A stretch of DNA of 64,000 bases, taken from positions 29,360 to 93,359 of the IMG/VR virus record IMGVR_UViG_3300021431_000096. The stretch is one strand, 5' to 3'. Position numbers and translations under genes: made by a program. Positions 37,330-45,865 of this stretch are shown here, piece after piece (positions within the stretch are counted from its first letter, which is position 1; the number at the start of each line of letters is the position of its first letter). The stretch is from a virus. Its lineage: Duplodnaviria > Caudoviricetes. The notes beneath the pieces are model-generated. The model saw nothing but the letters and a program-made list of their open reading frames with translations, did not search any database and was not told where the DNA came from.

Positions 37330-37953
37330 CTATTCTTTTACCAGTTCAGGATGTTTCGCTTCGATGCGGTCGATTTTGCGGACATACACGGCGGTGCGCT
37401 CCTTTAGGTGCTCCCACAGACGGTCGCTCTCGGCCACGTACTCCGTGCGCTTGTACTCTGGCATCTTCTCCTGTTCCATGTCGGCCAAGTCGCTGAGCAT
37501 CTTCCTTGCTGCCGCCACCTCGGGGAACTGGAACATCTGCACGCCGATGCCGTTGCGGTAGAGCAGGCCGTTGATGTCGGTGAACGTATAATCAAGCAGG
37601 TCCACGGCCATCGCCAGACCAGCCATCAGTTCCTGATAGCGTCGGTGGTCGTCGGGGTTCAGCCCCCGCAGCATCTCGGCGATATTGTTCACGTCCATCT
37701 GCCGTTTCTCTTCGAGCGCGATGAGCCGGTGCATTTCGTCCTCCTCAATCTTTCGCATCTGCGTCTGCACGAGGTTGCGCTTCACGAAGTCCCGCCTCGG
37801 GTCGAGCCGCCGGTACTGCTCATACAACTTCTGGTACGGCTTGTGCTGCTTCAGGTTCTGCCTCACCCGCTCCGATATTTCCTCCTCGTCGTAGTGATAA
37901 TCCTTTGGATTGATTGGGTTGATTTGTTCAGCCCTCCTGTCTTCTATCTTCAT
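37330..37953 (-). CDS. Helical hypothetical protein
   Basis: ORF upstream of the loader gene. Confidence 0.55.
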   Translation of the reverse strand: MKIEDRRAEQINPINPKDYHYDEEEISERVRQNLKQHKPYQKLYEQYRRLDPRRDFVKRNLVQTQMRKIEEDEMHRLIALEEKRQMDVNNIAEMLRGLNPDDHRRYQELMAGLAMAVDLLDYTFTDINGLLYRNGIGVQMFQFPEVAAARKMLSDLADMEQEKMPEYKRTEYVAESDRLWEHLKERTAVYVRKIDRIEAKHPELVKE

Positions 37954-38255
37954 AATTCTTTGTTGTTCAAATTATTCTCTTTCTCCTTTATCATCCCGTC
38001 GAACTGGATCCACGTACCCTTGACGAAGATGTAATGCTTGCCGTCGCGAGGCCATATCGTGCCTTCTGGCGCAACGGGCGGCATTTCCATAGGGTCGCGC
38101 TCCGGCAGTTTCTTTGTCCGCACGACGGAGGCCATGATGATACGGAAAATGTTCACGAAGATACCATCCACGATGACCACGAGGAATATCAGCCCGCCGA
38201 GCCAGTGCCAGAAATCCGTGAAAAAGAACTCACACAGATATTTTACTATTTCCAT
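37950..38255 (-). CDS. Single-TM hypothetical
   Basis: EFFFTDFWHWLGGLIFLVVI. Confidence 0.55.
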   Translation of the reverse strand: MEIVKYLCEFFFTDFWHWLGGLIFLVVIVDGIFVNIFRIIMASVVRTKKLPERDPMEMPPVAPEGTIWPRDGKHYIFVKGTWIQFDGMIKEKENNLNNKEL

Positions 38256-38266
38256 ATTCGCTATTA

Positions 38267-38998
38267 TTATCTCAATTCCTTCATTTCCATAATCCCGAGC
38301 ATCGTGTAGATGATGCCATCAATCTCGGCATTCCATGAGTGGTGGAAGTGACCGTAGAACCAGCGGCGCAGTGGGTGTCCGTCGTGACGCAGACAATCCT
38401 GTAGCCCGTCCATCACGCGCCGTTCCTCCTGCATGTCGGCAAGAAGCTCCTCGCTGTCAACGACTCCGGGTGGCATGGTAAACTCGCAGAACGACGGGGC
38501 TGTGTGTGTTACCACGGTGTCGATGCGATATCCATCGCCGAGTATAGCCGAAAGTCTCTCTGGTATGAACACGGGCTTCTCATCCTCCCACCAGTCCTTG
38601 CCAGCCGTGCGCTGGTCGCGGTCGACGCTCACCGCTCCGCCCACGCAGAGAATCTGATGCCCGCAGGCCGTCAGTACCGAGTAGTCTGGCACAAGCCTCC
38701 AACGTCCCATACCAGCCAGATGTTCTCCATTGAAATAAGCTGGATCATCGTGGTTGCCGCGAACGAACACCAACCAGTTGTTAGTAATCACAAGTCTCCT
38801 TATCAATGCCGTCAGCCCCTCTAATGTAGAAAATCGCATATCAAATCCGAAGCCGCAGTCGCCCGCCACGATGATCAGCGTGTCGCGCATCTTGTACCGC
38901 ACGCAGCACTGATACACCAGATTCTCAAACTCGCCGTGAATATCGCCGCAAATCACCACGCTCTTCGCGTTCGGATAGTCGTAATGTTGTATTGCCAT
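38267..38998 (-). CDS. Calcineurin-like metallophosphoesterase
   Basis: GDIHG, GDCG, RGNHD, THT, GHFH. Confidence 0.9.
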   Translation of the reverse strand: MAIQHYDYPNAKSVVICGDIHGEFENLVYQCCVRYKMRDTLIIVAGDCGFGFDMRFSTLEGLTALIRRLVITNNWLVFVRGNHDDPAYFNGEHLAGMGRWRLVPDYSVLTACGHQILCVGGAVSVDRDQRTAGKDWWEDEKPVFIPERLSAILGDGYRIDTVVTHTAPSFCEFTMPPGVVDSEELLADMQEERRVMDGLQDCLRHDGHPLRRWFYGHFHHSWNAEIDGIIYTMLGIMEMKELR

Positions 38999-39011
38999 AG
39001 CCTTTTGTTTC

Positions 39012-39320
39012 TTACAAAGGGTCAGACCCCGTGTGATGTTTGATTGCATTATTCAACTCTTCGTAGAGATACTGCACGTTACTCGCGTCGATATATGCGT
39101 CATCCTTTTTGCGCACCTTATAGCCGATAAAGCCGTAATAAACGTTTCCGTCCATATTCCAAGGCTCCGCATAGAGTGTGAGCGTGGTGTCAAGAGCCAT
39201 GTCGTAGGATATAGTATTATTCGGCAGCTCCTGTACTTCTCCGCCTTGTAACTCGACGAACCTGCGCAACAGGTCCTGCAAAACCTTGCAATCGCCATTG
39301 AATTTCTCGATCTTTGCCAT
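39012..39320 (-). CDS. Hypothetical early protein
   Basis: Starts after the junction motif. Confidence 0.5.
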   Translation of the reverse strand: MAKIEKFNGDCKVLQDLLRRFVELQGGEVQELPNNTISYDMALDTTLTLYAEPWNMDGNVYYGFIGYKVRKKDDAYIDASNVQYLYEELNNAIKHHTGSDPL

Positions 39321-39322
39321 CG

Positions 39323-39922
39323 TCAGTCCTCCCGTCTTTCGAGTTCCAAAATGAGTTCCTGCCTGGCGATGGCCAGCAGACTCAGTGCATCCGTCATCAG
39401 GCTGCGCGGATATTCGCTGGGGTCGTCGCCACTTTTCTGCCATTCCTTGATTTTCTTGCACAGGAACGCTTCAAAGTCCTCGTCACGAAAAGCGTCAAAG
39501 TAATGGAACTTCGCCTGCTGGAAGCCACGGGCGTAATCCTCGTTGCCGATTATGCCCTCGTCCTCTCCGAGTATTGACTTGCGGGCTACTTCCATCAGTC
39601 TTGCGCACGACTCTCTGACAGCCGTCTCGTCCTTCGGCGTCACGGCGCCGAAGATTTCTGCGGCTTCCTTGATGAAGAGCCGCTCGAACTCGGTCAGTTC
39701 CACCTTCTTCCTGACGATGCGCACCTTGCCGTCCTCGATGACGGCCTCGAAGCCGTCTGGGATGGGGATCTCCCGCTCCGCATTCTCCTGCGGTGTCGTG
39801 ATGATGGTTGTCGCAGGAATCAGCGGCTCTGGTTTGAAATCGACTGGCGGGCAGGCGTAAGCACAGACCTGTCCGAACGGCCCGTCGAAAGTGTTGTTTG
39901 CTGTCTTGTCTGAGTTATCCAT
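39323..39922 (-). CDS. Hypothetical early protein
   Basis: IPDGFEAVIEDGKV and ELTEFE segments; ends RRED*. Confidence 0.55.
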   Translation of the reverse strand: MDNSDKTANNTFDGPFGQVCAYACPPVDFKPEPLIPATTIITTPQENAEREIPIPDGFEAVIEDGKVRIVRKKVELTEFERLFIKEAAEIFGAVTPKDETAVRESCARLMEVARKSILGEDEGIIGNEDYARGFQQAKFHYFDAFRDEDFEAFLCKKIKEWQKSGDDPSEYPRSLMTDALSLLAIARQELILELERRED

Positions 39923-39962
39923 ATCCTTTTATTTAAGTATCAGTTTCAGTGCGAAGAGGGCA

Positions 39963-40217
39963 TTATTTACCCCCCCCCATTTTGAGAACTTCGTCATAGA
40001 CGCGCTCAAGGCTGCGGGGGTTGATGTCCTTGATGCGGTTCATTTCGGGCACCGTCAGCTTGTGTCCTGCCAACGTCGCAATCTTAAATACCATCGCCGT
40101 GCGGCTCAGTCCGTTGCCGAGGAAACCTCGGCGAACTTGCTCACGCTCGGCATGATCAATGCCAGCTTTGCCCTGCTCTCGCTTACTCGCAACCTTGCCT
40201 GCGAATTTCGTTGCCAT
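39963..40217 (-). CDS. Hypothetical protein
   Basis: ORF in array. Confidence 0.45.
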   Translation of the reverse strand: MATKFAGKVASKREQGKAGIDHAEREQVRRGFLGNGLSRTAMVFKIATLAGHKLTVPEMNRIKDINPRSLERVYDEVLKMGGGK

Positions 40218-40311
40218 AGCCGTATGTTATTTAATATCCACGAAATCTATCAGCAGGATGTCCTTCTTCGTGCCGGCGGCAGGTAGCTCCAGCTATTGTG
40301 ACTTCCTAAAA

Positions 40312-40635
40312 TCATATCTCCTGGATTTTTGTGATGACTTCGTTCAGTCGCGGCACGAGGTCCCTGATGCGCTGCAGGCGCCGTCCGTTCTCGTAGGACA
40401 GGAAGTAGGAGCACGTGAACATGATGTCCTCGCGCCTCATGCGGCAGTAGCCGACGCAGGTGAAGCCGAGTGCGGGGCCGAAGCAGTCATAGACGGAATC
40501 GTCCCACCTGACTGTGACGCGCATCAGGTCGCCGTCCCGCTTCGCACTCTCGACGCAGATGGGCGTGGTGTCCGTGAAGTGCCAGAACCACATCGCGTCG
40601 CCCTTCCTCAAATCTTTCAGTTTCTTGTTTGTCAT
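40312..40635 (-). CDS. Hypothetical protein
   Basis: MTNKKLKDLRKGD start. Confidence 0.5.
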   Translation of the reverse strand: MTNKKLKDLRKGDAMWFWHFTDTTPICVESAKRDGDLMRVTVRWDDSVYDCFGPALGFTCVGYCRMRREDIMFTCSYFLSYENGRRLQRIRDLVPRLNEVITKIQEI

Positions 40636-40645
40636 ATCGTTGTCG

Positions 40646-41599
40646 TTATTTGAACATGTTCCAGTGTTTATCCACCGAGTGCGGCCAGTCGAGCAGTTCG
40701 TCAACGGCTGCTGGTGAATAGACGGTGCCGAGCAGGTCGCGGACAGACTGTTTCCAGTACACCGTTGCCTTGCCACTGGTCACACGCATCACATCCTCGA
40801 TAAAGTGCATACAGTCAATCACATCGTATGCCTTAAACTGATGCTCGCCAAACTCGAAGTCCTTGCGCACCACACGAGTGTTGCTCGTCAGCAGTCCGAT
40901 TTTGAAGTGCTGACAGCCCGCGTTCAGTGCCTGATACACCATCGCCAGTGCCGACGGGAAGTCGATGACCGGCTCGGTGCTGGCCCAGACGTTGTAGCCT
41001 CGATCCGAGAGATAGTGCATCGCCTTGATACGTTCTTCGTTGGTCGAGGCGTTTGGTTCCAACTCGTCATGTCCAGTCAGTGTGAAGCCGATGGCAAGGC
41101 GGTCGCGTAGCAGGCTTGTGTTAAACAGTGCGATATGGGTAATCCATGCGTCTATGCGCTCCATCTTATCGGCACTATCAACGAGGTTAAAATCATATCC
41201 ACAGAAATCGGCGCATTTCGTCAGCAATGTGCATGGCACGACCTTTTCCTTCGGAGTCTGTCCATGTCCGATACAGTCGCCAACGATGCGGAAGAACAAT
41301 TTTCTCGTCTCTTTTGCACACGGATCTGACGTGAACGTCATAAACAATCCACCGTCGCGGATGATTTCTTCGCGGTGCTCGATAATCTCCGCCATCGCCA
41401 GGTGGTAGGCGTGCTCGTCGCTCACCACACCCTTCTTCAGCACGGGCTTGTCCTGTCCGAGATAAGCCCCCGACGGGCCTTTCTTCAGGTAGCAGTACAG
41501 GCAGCCGTGACTGCATCCGATGTACGGGTTCACACTCCACTTGCCATACTCCTCCGCATTCCCCTGCGGTCGGGACAGAATCTTCAAAGTCTTGCTCAT
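40646..41599 (-). CDS. Radical SAM protein (SplB-like / phage gp37-gp68-like)
   Basis: NPYIGCSHGCLYCY (CxxxCxxC), TSDP, LLTK, EPNAS...ERI, STEPV. Confidence 0.85.
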   Translation of the reverse strand: MSKTLKILSRPQGNAEEYGKWSVNPYIGCSHGCLYCYLKKGPSGAYLGQDKPVLKKGVVSDEHAYHLAMAEIIEHREEIIRDGGLFMTFTSDPCAKETRKLFFRIVGDCIGHGQTPKEKVVPCTLLTKCADFCGYDFNLVDSADKMERIDAWITHIALFNTSLLRDRLAIGFTLTGHDELEPNASTNEERIKAMHYLSDRGYNVWASTEPVIDFPSALAMVYQALNAGCQHFKIGLLTSNTRVVRKDFEFGEHQFKAYDVIDCMHFIEDVMRVTSGKATVYWKQSVRDLLGTVYSPAAVDELLDWPHSVDKHWNMFK

Positions 41600-41632
41600 A
41601 TCTCCTTGAATTAGTTTACTTACTTACGGCTG

Positions 41633-41664
41633 CAAAGGTAGTATATATTCTTCTAACCCGCAAA
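41633..41664 (-). promoter_or_regulatory. Canonical Bacteroidetes promoter TTTG-N20-TACCTTTG for the leftward early array
   Basis: Plus strand CAAAGGTA 41633-41640 and CAAA 41661-41664. Confidence 0.75.
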
Positions 41665-41827
41665 CAAATATAGCACTTATTATTCTAACTTTACGATTAA
41701 TTAACAATCAACGGGAACTGGCTCCCTGATGCGAGCGCAGCGTGTCCCCTTGATTGTCGATATAATATATATAAAAGGTATAGACCGCCCGTCGTGGCGG
41801 TCTTTTTTTGTGTCCGCGAGGGGGTAT

Positions 41828-41861
41828 GTCCCATTTCGGCATCGGCGCGGCTGTATCTTTG
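41828..41861 (+). promoter_or_regulatory. Phage-type promoter GTCCCA-N20-TATCTTTG
   Basis: Exact motif, 20 nt before ATG 41881. Confidence 0.75.
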
Positions 41862-41880
41862 CCGAAAAACAGATACGATT

Positions 41881-42453
41881 ATGTTTGAATTTGACAATGT
41901 TTTGGAGTATTGGGCGACGAAGTACAAGCGCATCAAGCACGACCCCGCCGCCAAGTCGAAGGACAAGCGCTTCTTCCGCATCCAGGAAATCGACCTGCAG
42001 AGCGAGTGGAGCCGCAATATGAACCTGATTGACAAGCCCTGCCTGCTGTTCCGCATGGCAGAAGATGGACAGGTGAACAGCGACAACGTGAACCGCCTCG
42101 ACCGCTTCTGGGGCATCTACCTCGCCGTGAAGCAGAAGGGAGCGCCCAACAACGTGGTCGATGAACTCGGGGCCGCCGACTGCAAGCGCGACCTGATGAA
42201 GATGACCGCCGCGCTGATAGCCTGGCTCGCCCGTCTGCAGTCGTGGGCCAACAACGGGCGCACCGACCTGTCGAACCCCTTCTTCTCACTCGCCGACCGC
42301 GAGACTCGCGAGGGACTGCGCGGACTGCGCATCAACAAGACCGCCTTCTGGACCACCCCCATGCACCTCAACGGCTGGTGGCTCATGGGCATCGAGTTCT
42401 ACGGCATCGACCCCCGCCCCCTCTGCGTCAACGACGAAGATTACGACGAATAA
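41881..42453 (+). CDS. Putative tail completion/terminator protein
   Basis: Size, phage-type promoter, NGWWLMGIEF...PLC..DEDY ending, proximity to the tape measure gene. Confidence 0.45.
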   Translation: MFEFDNVLEYWATKYKRIKHDPAAKSKDKRFFRIQEIDLQSEWSRNMNLIDKPCLLFRMAEDGQVNSDNVNRLDRFWGIYLAVKQKGAPNNVVDELGAADCKRDLMKMTAALIAWLARLQSWANNGRTDLSNPFFSLADRETREGLRGLRINKTAFWTTPMHLNGWWLMGIEFYGIDPRPLCVNDEDYDE

Positions 42454-42578
42454 CCACACAAGTGTATTAGCTTTGACATAAGCAAGTGTGCGACCAGCCG
42501 CGAGGCCCGCCGCACACGATTTTTCTTAATATATTATAAAAGGTGTGCCCGATGCTTGCAAGTTTCAGATATAATGCC

Positions 42579-42795
42579 TATCTTTGCAACGTCTAAATTC
42601 AAATGCGCGGCACAGAAGAAACAAACGAAGCCGCGACGAGCGGCATTTTTTGTGCCCTTAATGGAAGGAGTCGGGAGACTCATATATATAAACAGAACTG
42701 CACCGCGTCGGGTCACTGGATAACACCCCGAAGGCATCAGCGCATTTGAGCCTTGACAGCGCGTAGTGCAGTTTATTTTGTCTAAATTCAAATGC
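42579..42795 (+). ncRNA. CI/c4-like regulatory RNA leader 1
   Basis: TATCTTTG promoter; GTCTAAATTCAAATGC at 42591 and 42780; internal complement GCGCATTTGAG..TTGAC 42740-42757; closing stem 42696-42703/42766-42773. Confidence 0.65.
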
Positions 42796-42929
42796 AAACA
42801 ACAACTACCAACGTCCGCGCGACCTACCCTATCTTCATGGAGATAGCCCGTCGCCGCCAGTCCATCCGCAGGGTGCTCAGCCGCCTGACAGCCCCGCAAG
42901 TGATTAACCCTAACGACGCTGCCTTATGA
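42792..42929 (+). CDS. 45-aa leader-proximal ORF (Icd/Kil-like position)
   Basis: MQTTTTNVRATYPIFMEIARRRQSIRRVLSRLTAPQVINPNDAAL*; ATG lies inside the downstream repeat. Confidence 0.5.
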   Translation: MQTTTTNVRATYPIFMEIARRRQSIRRVLSRLTAPQVINPNDAAL

Positions 42930-43072
42930 ACCGCTCCGACATTGATCCCGAGATGCAGGAGCTGATGGCACTGCTCTCTAAGGCCGTCGTGCCGCGCCAC
43001 CGCCGCAAGGCCGCAGTGAGAACCAACTACCACGCGCCGTACTACTCACCGAGCAGATACAGCAGAATTTAA
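42926..43072 (+). CDS. 48-aa translationally coupled ORF
   Basis: ATGA overlap; MNRSDIDPEMQELMALLSKAVVPRHRRK... Confidence 0.45.
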   Translation: MNRSDIDPEMQELMALLSKAVVPRHRRKAAVRTNYHAPYYSPSRYSRI

Positions 43073-43085
43073 AACCGCAGAGATT

Positions 43086-45089
43086 ATGAAGTTCGTATCA
43101 GTCAAGGATAGTGCCATTGCCCAATATTGGGACTATGAGCATAACACCGCCGACCCCGCCACTGTGGCGAGCAAGAGCGGCAAGAAGTTCTGGTGGATAT
43201 GCCCTGAGTGCCATCAGCCGCATGAGAAAGTGGCGCAGAGTCAGCACAAGTCGCCTCTCTGCCGCAAGTGTGGCCAAAGGAAAGGTGTCTCTAATGGTTA
43301 TAAGTCGAGGATTGCAAAGACTCACAGTGTAGCCGATGATCCCGTTCTTATCAAATATTGGGATTACGAGCGGAATACCGTCAGCCCATCAGATATTACA
43401 TATAAAAGCACAAAGAAATATTGGTGGATATGCGCTCAGTGCGGTCGTCCCCATGAAAGGTCTGCCGGAAACGAGCAGAAGTCGCAGTTGTGCCGCAAAT
43501 GCGGATCTAAAAAAGGGATCGCAAATGGACAAAAGACTCACCTTTCAAAGACACTGACCGTAGCCGACGTGCCGCTGCTGCTGAACCAATGGGACTACGA
43601 TAAGAACCCCATGCCGCCATCCGAGGTGGCCAGCAAGTGCAATAAGAAATTCTGGTGGATATGCGCCGAATGCGGTGAGAGTTTTCAGCGCGGTGCTAAC
43701 CATGAGCACGAAACACAACTCTGTCGGACATGTGGTCTAAAACATCGCACAGAAAACAACAAGACCGCAAAACTTGCAAAATCGCACAGTATTGCTGATG
43801 ACCCTATCCAGTCTAAATGCTGGGATTACGAGCGCAATACGGAAGACCCAAAAACTATCTCTTATAGGAACAATGGTTATTACTGGTGGAAGTGTCCCGA
43901 ATGCGGTCAGTCTTACAGACGGACGGCCAGCAACCAATATGCAAGCACTCATGTTTGCGATGATTGTGCCATGAAAATCAGAATGACATCACGTGCCGCC
44001 ACCAGAATGGAAAAGAGTGAAAAGGTTTCAGACCGCCCTAACATGTTGGCTCAATGGGATTATGACAAGAACGACATTAGCCCTGATAAGGTATTGGCGT
44101 TTAGCAGCGATATGTATTGGTGGAAATGCCCTCGCTGCGGTAAGTCTGATTTTAATACGCCTAAGCATAAATACGAAGCAAAACTATGCAAGAAGTGCGC
44201 CTCCATAGAAGGCGGAAAAAAACATCGGGAAAGTGAAGTCAAGCGCAAAGGTTCTTTTGGCGACCAACATCCGCTCTTGGCAAAAGAGTGGCACCCAACA
44301 CTCAACGGTGACGTGACCCCTTATGACATCACCTCCGGTTGTGGAGACAATTTCTATTGGCAATGTAAGTACGGACATGTCTTTCAGACAAGCCCGAGTG
44401 AGCGTGTCAAGCGTCATGCAGGCTGTCCTACCTGCCGTACATCGCTCCGCACATCATTCACCGAGCAGGCTATCGCTTTCTACCTGTCGAAGGTGGTAGA
44501 AGTCAATCAGCACTTTAAGCAGGGTGGTTTTAATTTTGATATATTCATTGATCCATTCAAGACCGTTGTGGAGTACGACGGAATGTTCTGGCATGCAAAG
44601 GCTGACACCGCCAATCGCGACGCCCGCAAAGACAAATACTGCAAGAAGCGCGGATGGCGTATCATCAGGGTGAAGGAGTCTGAGAAGATAAACAAGGTCG
44701 AGGGTAATCATATCTACGCCCAGCGGCGCAACACCGACTATGTGTGGCTGATTAACCAGGTATGCAGCTTGCTCGGCGTGCTACCGCCTATCGACATCAA
44801 CATTGAGCGCGATACACCTGAAATCTACGCAAGGGTGAATCCCGTCGCCAAGGACGGCTCTTTGGCCGATAAGAAGCCCGAACTATTAAAGTATTGGGAT
44901 AAGGAAGCCAATCTGCCCGTAACGCCTGATATGGTGACGCCGTTCAGCCATCTTGCGTTCTCATGGCATTGTCCAGACTGCGGCCACGAATGGACGCAGC
45001 GGTTAATAGAAATATCCAACAGGAAGGTAAAATGTCCTCAGTGCCGTGAAAAGGCTTTTGCCAAGAAAGGACTAAAATCCAACGGATAA
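43086..45089 (+). CDS. Multi-zinc-ribbon (DUF4379-like) protein with DUF559/PD-(D/E)XK-like endonuclease domain
   Basis: Repeated WDYExN...WWxCxxC...CxxC units; FDIFI...VEYDGMFWH...D..KD.YC...GWRIIRVKE. Confidence 0.8.
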   Translation: MKFVSVKDSAIAQYWDYEHNTADPATVASKSGKKFWWICPECHQPHEKVAQSQHKSPLCRKCGQRKGVSNGYKSRIAKTHSVADDPVLIKYWDYERNTVSPSDITYKSTKKYWWICAQCGRPHERSAGNEQKSQLCRKCGSKKGIANGQKTHLSKTLTVADVPLLLNQWDYDKNPMPPSEVASKCNKKFWWICAECGESFQRGANHEHETQLCRTCGLKHRTENNKTAKLAKSHSIADDPIQSKCWDYERNTEDPKTISYRNNGYYWWKCPECGQSYRRTASNQYASTHVCDDCAMKIRMTSRAATRMEKSEKVSDRPNMLAQWDYDKNDISPDKVLAFSSDMYWWKCPRCGKSDFNTPKHKYEAKLCKKCASIEGGKKHRESEVKRKGSFGDQHPLLAKEWHPTLNGDVTPYDITSGCGDNFYWQCKYGHVFQTSPSERVKRHAGCPTCRTSLRTSFTEQAIAFYLSKVVEVNQHFKQGGFNFDIFIDPFKTVVEYDGMFWHAKADTANRDARKDKYCKKRGWRIIRVKESEKINKVEGNHIYAQRRNTDYVWLINQVCSLLGVLPPIDINIERDTPEIYARVNPVAKDGSLADKKPELLKYWDKEANLPVTPDMVTPFSHLAFSWHCPDCGHEWTQRLIEISNRKVKCPQCREKAFAKKGLKSNG

Positions 45090-45094
45090 TATAT

Positions 45095-45132
45095 AAAAAG
45101 GAGAGACCGCCGCAAGGTAGCCTCTCCTTTTT
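45095..45132. terminator. Bidirectional terminator
   Basis: AAAAAGGAGAG...CTCTCCTTTTT between convergent genes. Confidence 0.65.
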
Positions 45133-45165
45133 CGTGTATAGTAACCAATGAAAAAACTTTCTTTC

Positions 45166-45723
45166 CTATTTTCCTTCAAACATCCGCATAGCGTTCTGCA
45201 CGTCGAGGTCCACTGTCAGACCCTCTGTAACAGCCACCTTAATCTGTTCGCCGTAAGCCATACATAAATAATTGGAAATCCTACTGCAAAGGTGGTTAAC
45301 CTCTCTACGGATGAAAGGTCTGTGACTTCGCCCGGCTGAGCGATCCCAACTACTGATATACCGCTGGTCGAAGTGGGCATTCTTTGAACGCTCAACGGCT
45401 TCTGCAGTCACGCCGCTACCAACTCCTAATTCCGCAAACCGCATATATCGGTTAAAACTGTAAGTAAGATAGATATTATCAATCTCATCTGCAGCCTTGA
45501 TGAAACCCTTGAACGACCGCACACCGCGACCTGTGGAGTACCAGCCGCCCTGACGCTTGCGCATTGCATTTACTTTCTTATAGCCAGGGTACACCTCGAC
45601 GGGGAACACGTGCTGTGTGGCAGCGCCTATCTCCAGCATTTCGAGTGTGTCTTTATGAAACTGCGTGATGACGCGCCGTAATTCCATCGGCGGCGTGATT
45701 ACAGGGTCGATTTTCTTTGCCAT
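45166..45723 (-). CDS. Putative neck/tail component (HK97 gp10-like)
   Basis: STGRGVRS...YMRFAELGVG...HRPFIR pattern; own GTCCCA promoter. Confidence 0.55.
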   Translation of the reverse strand: MAKKIDPVITPPMELRRVITQFHKDTLEMLEIGAATQHVFPVEVYPGYKKVNAMRKRQGGWYSTGRGVRSFKGFIKAADEIDNIYLTYSFNRYMRFAELGVGSGVTAEAVERSKNAHFDQRYISSWDRSAGRSHRPFIRREVNHLCSRISNYLCMAYGEQIKVAVTEGLTVDLDVQNAMRMFEGK

Positions 45724-45750
45724 ATCCGTTTCGTTTAAATGTTCATAGCG

Positions 45751-45834
45751 CAAAGATAAAACCTTTTTTCTCCAAAATGGGACATGCGAAAACAACCTAT
45801 GTCCCAAATTAGTACAAACACTTCATTACCTTTG
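45751..45834. promoter_or_regulatory. Divergent phage-type promoter pair
   Basis: CAAAGATA 45751-45758 -N19- TGGGAC 45778-45783; GTCCCA 45801-45806 -N20- TACCTTTG 45827-45834. Confidence 0.75.
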
Positions 45835-45865
45835 ACGAAAGAAACAATAAAACAACGCAAGAACT

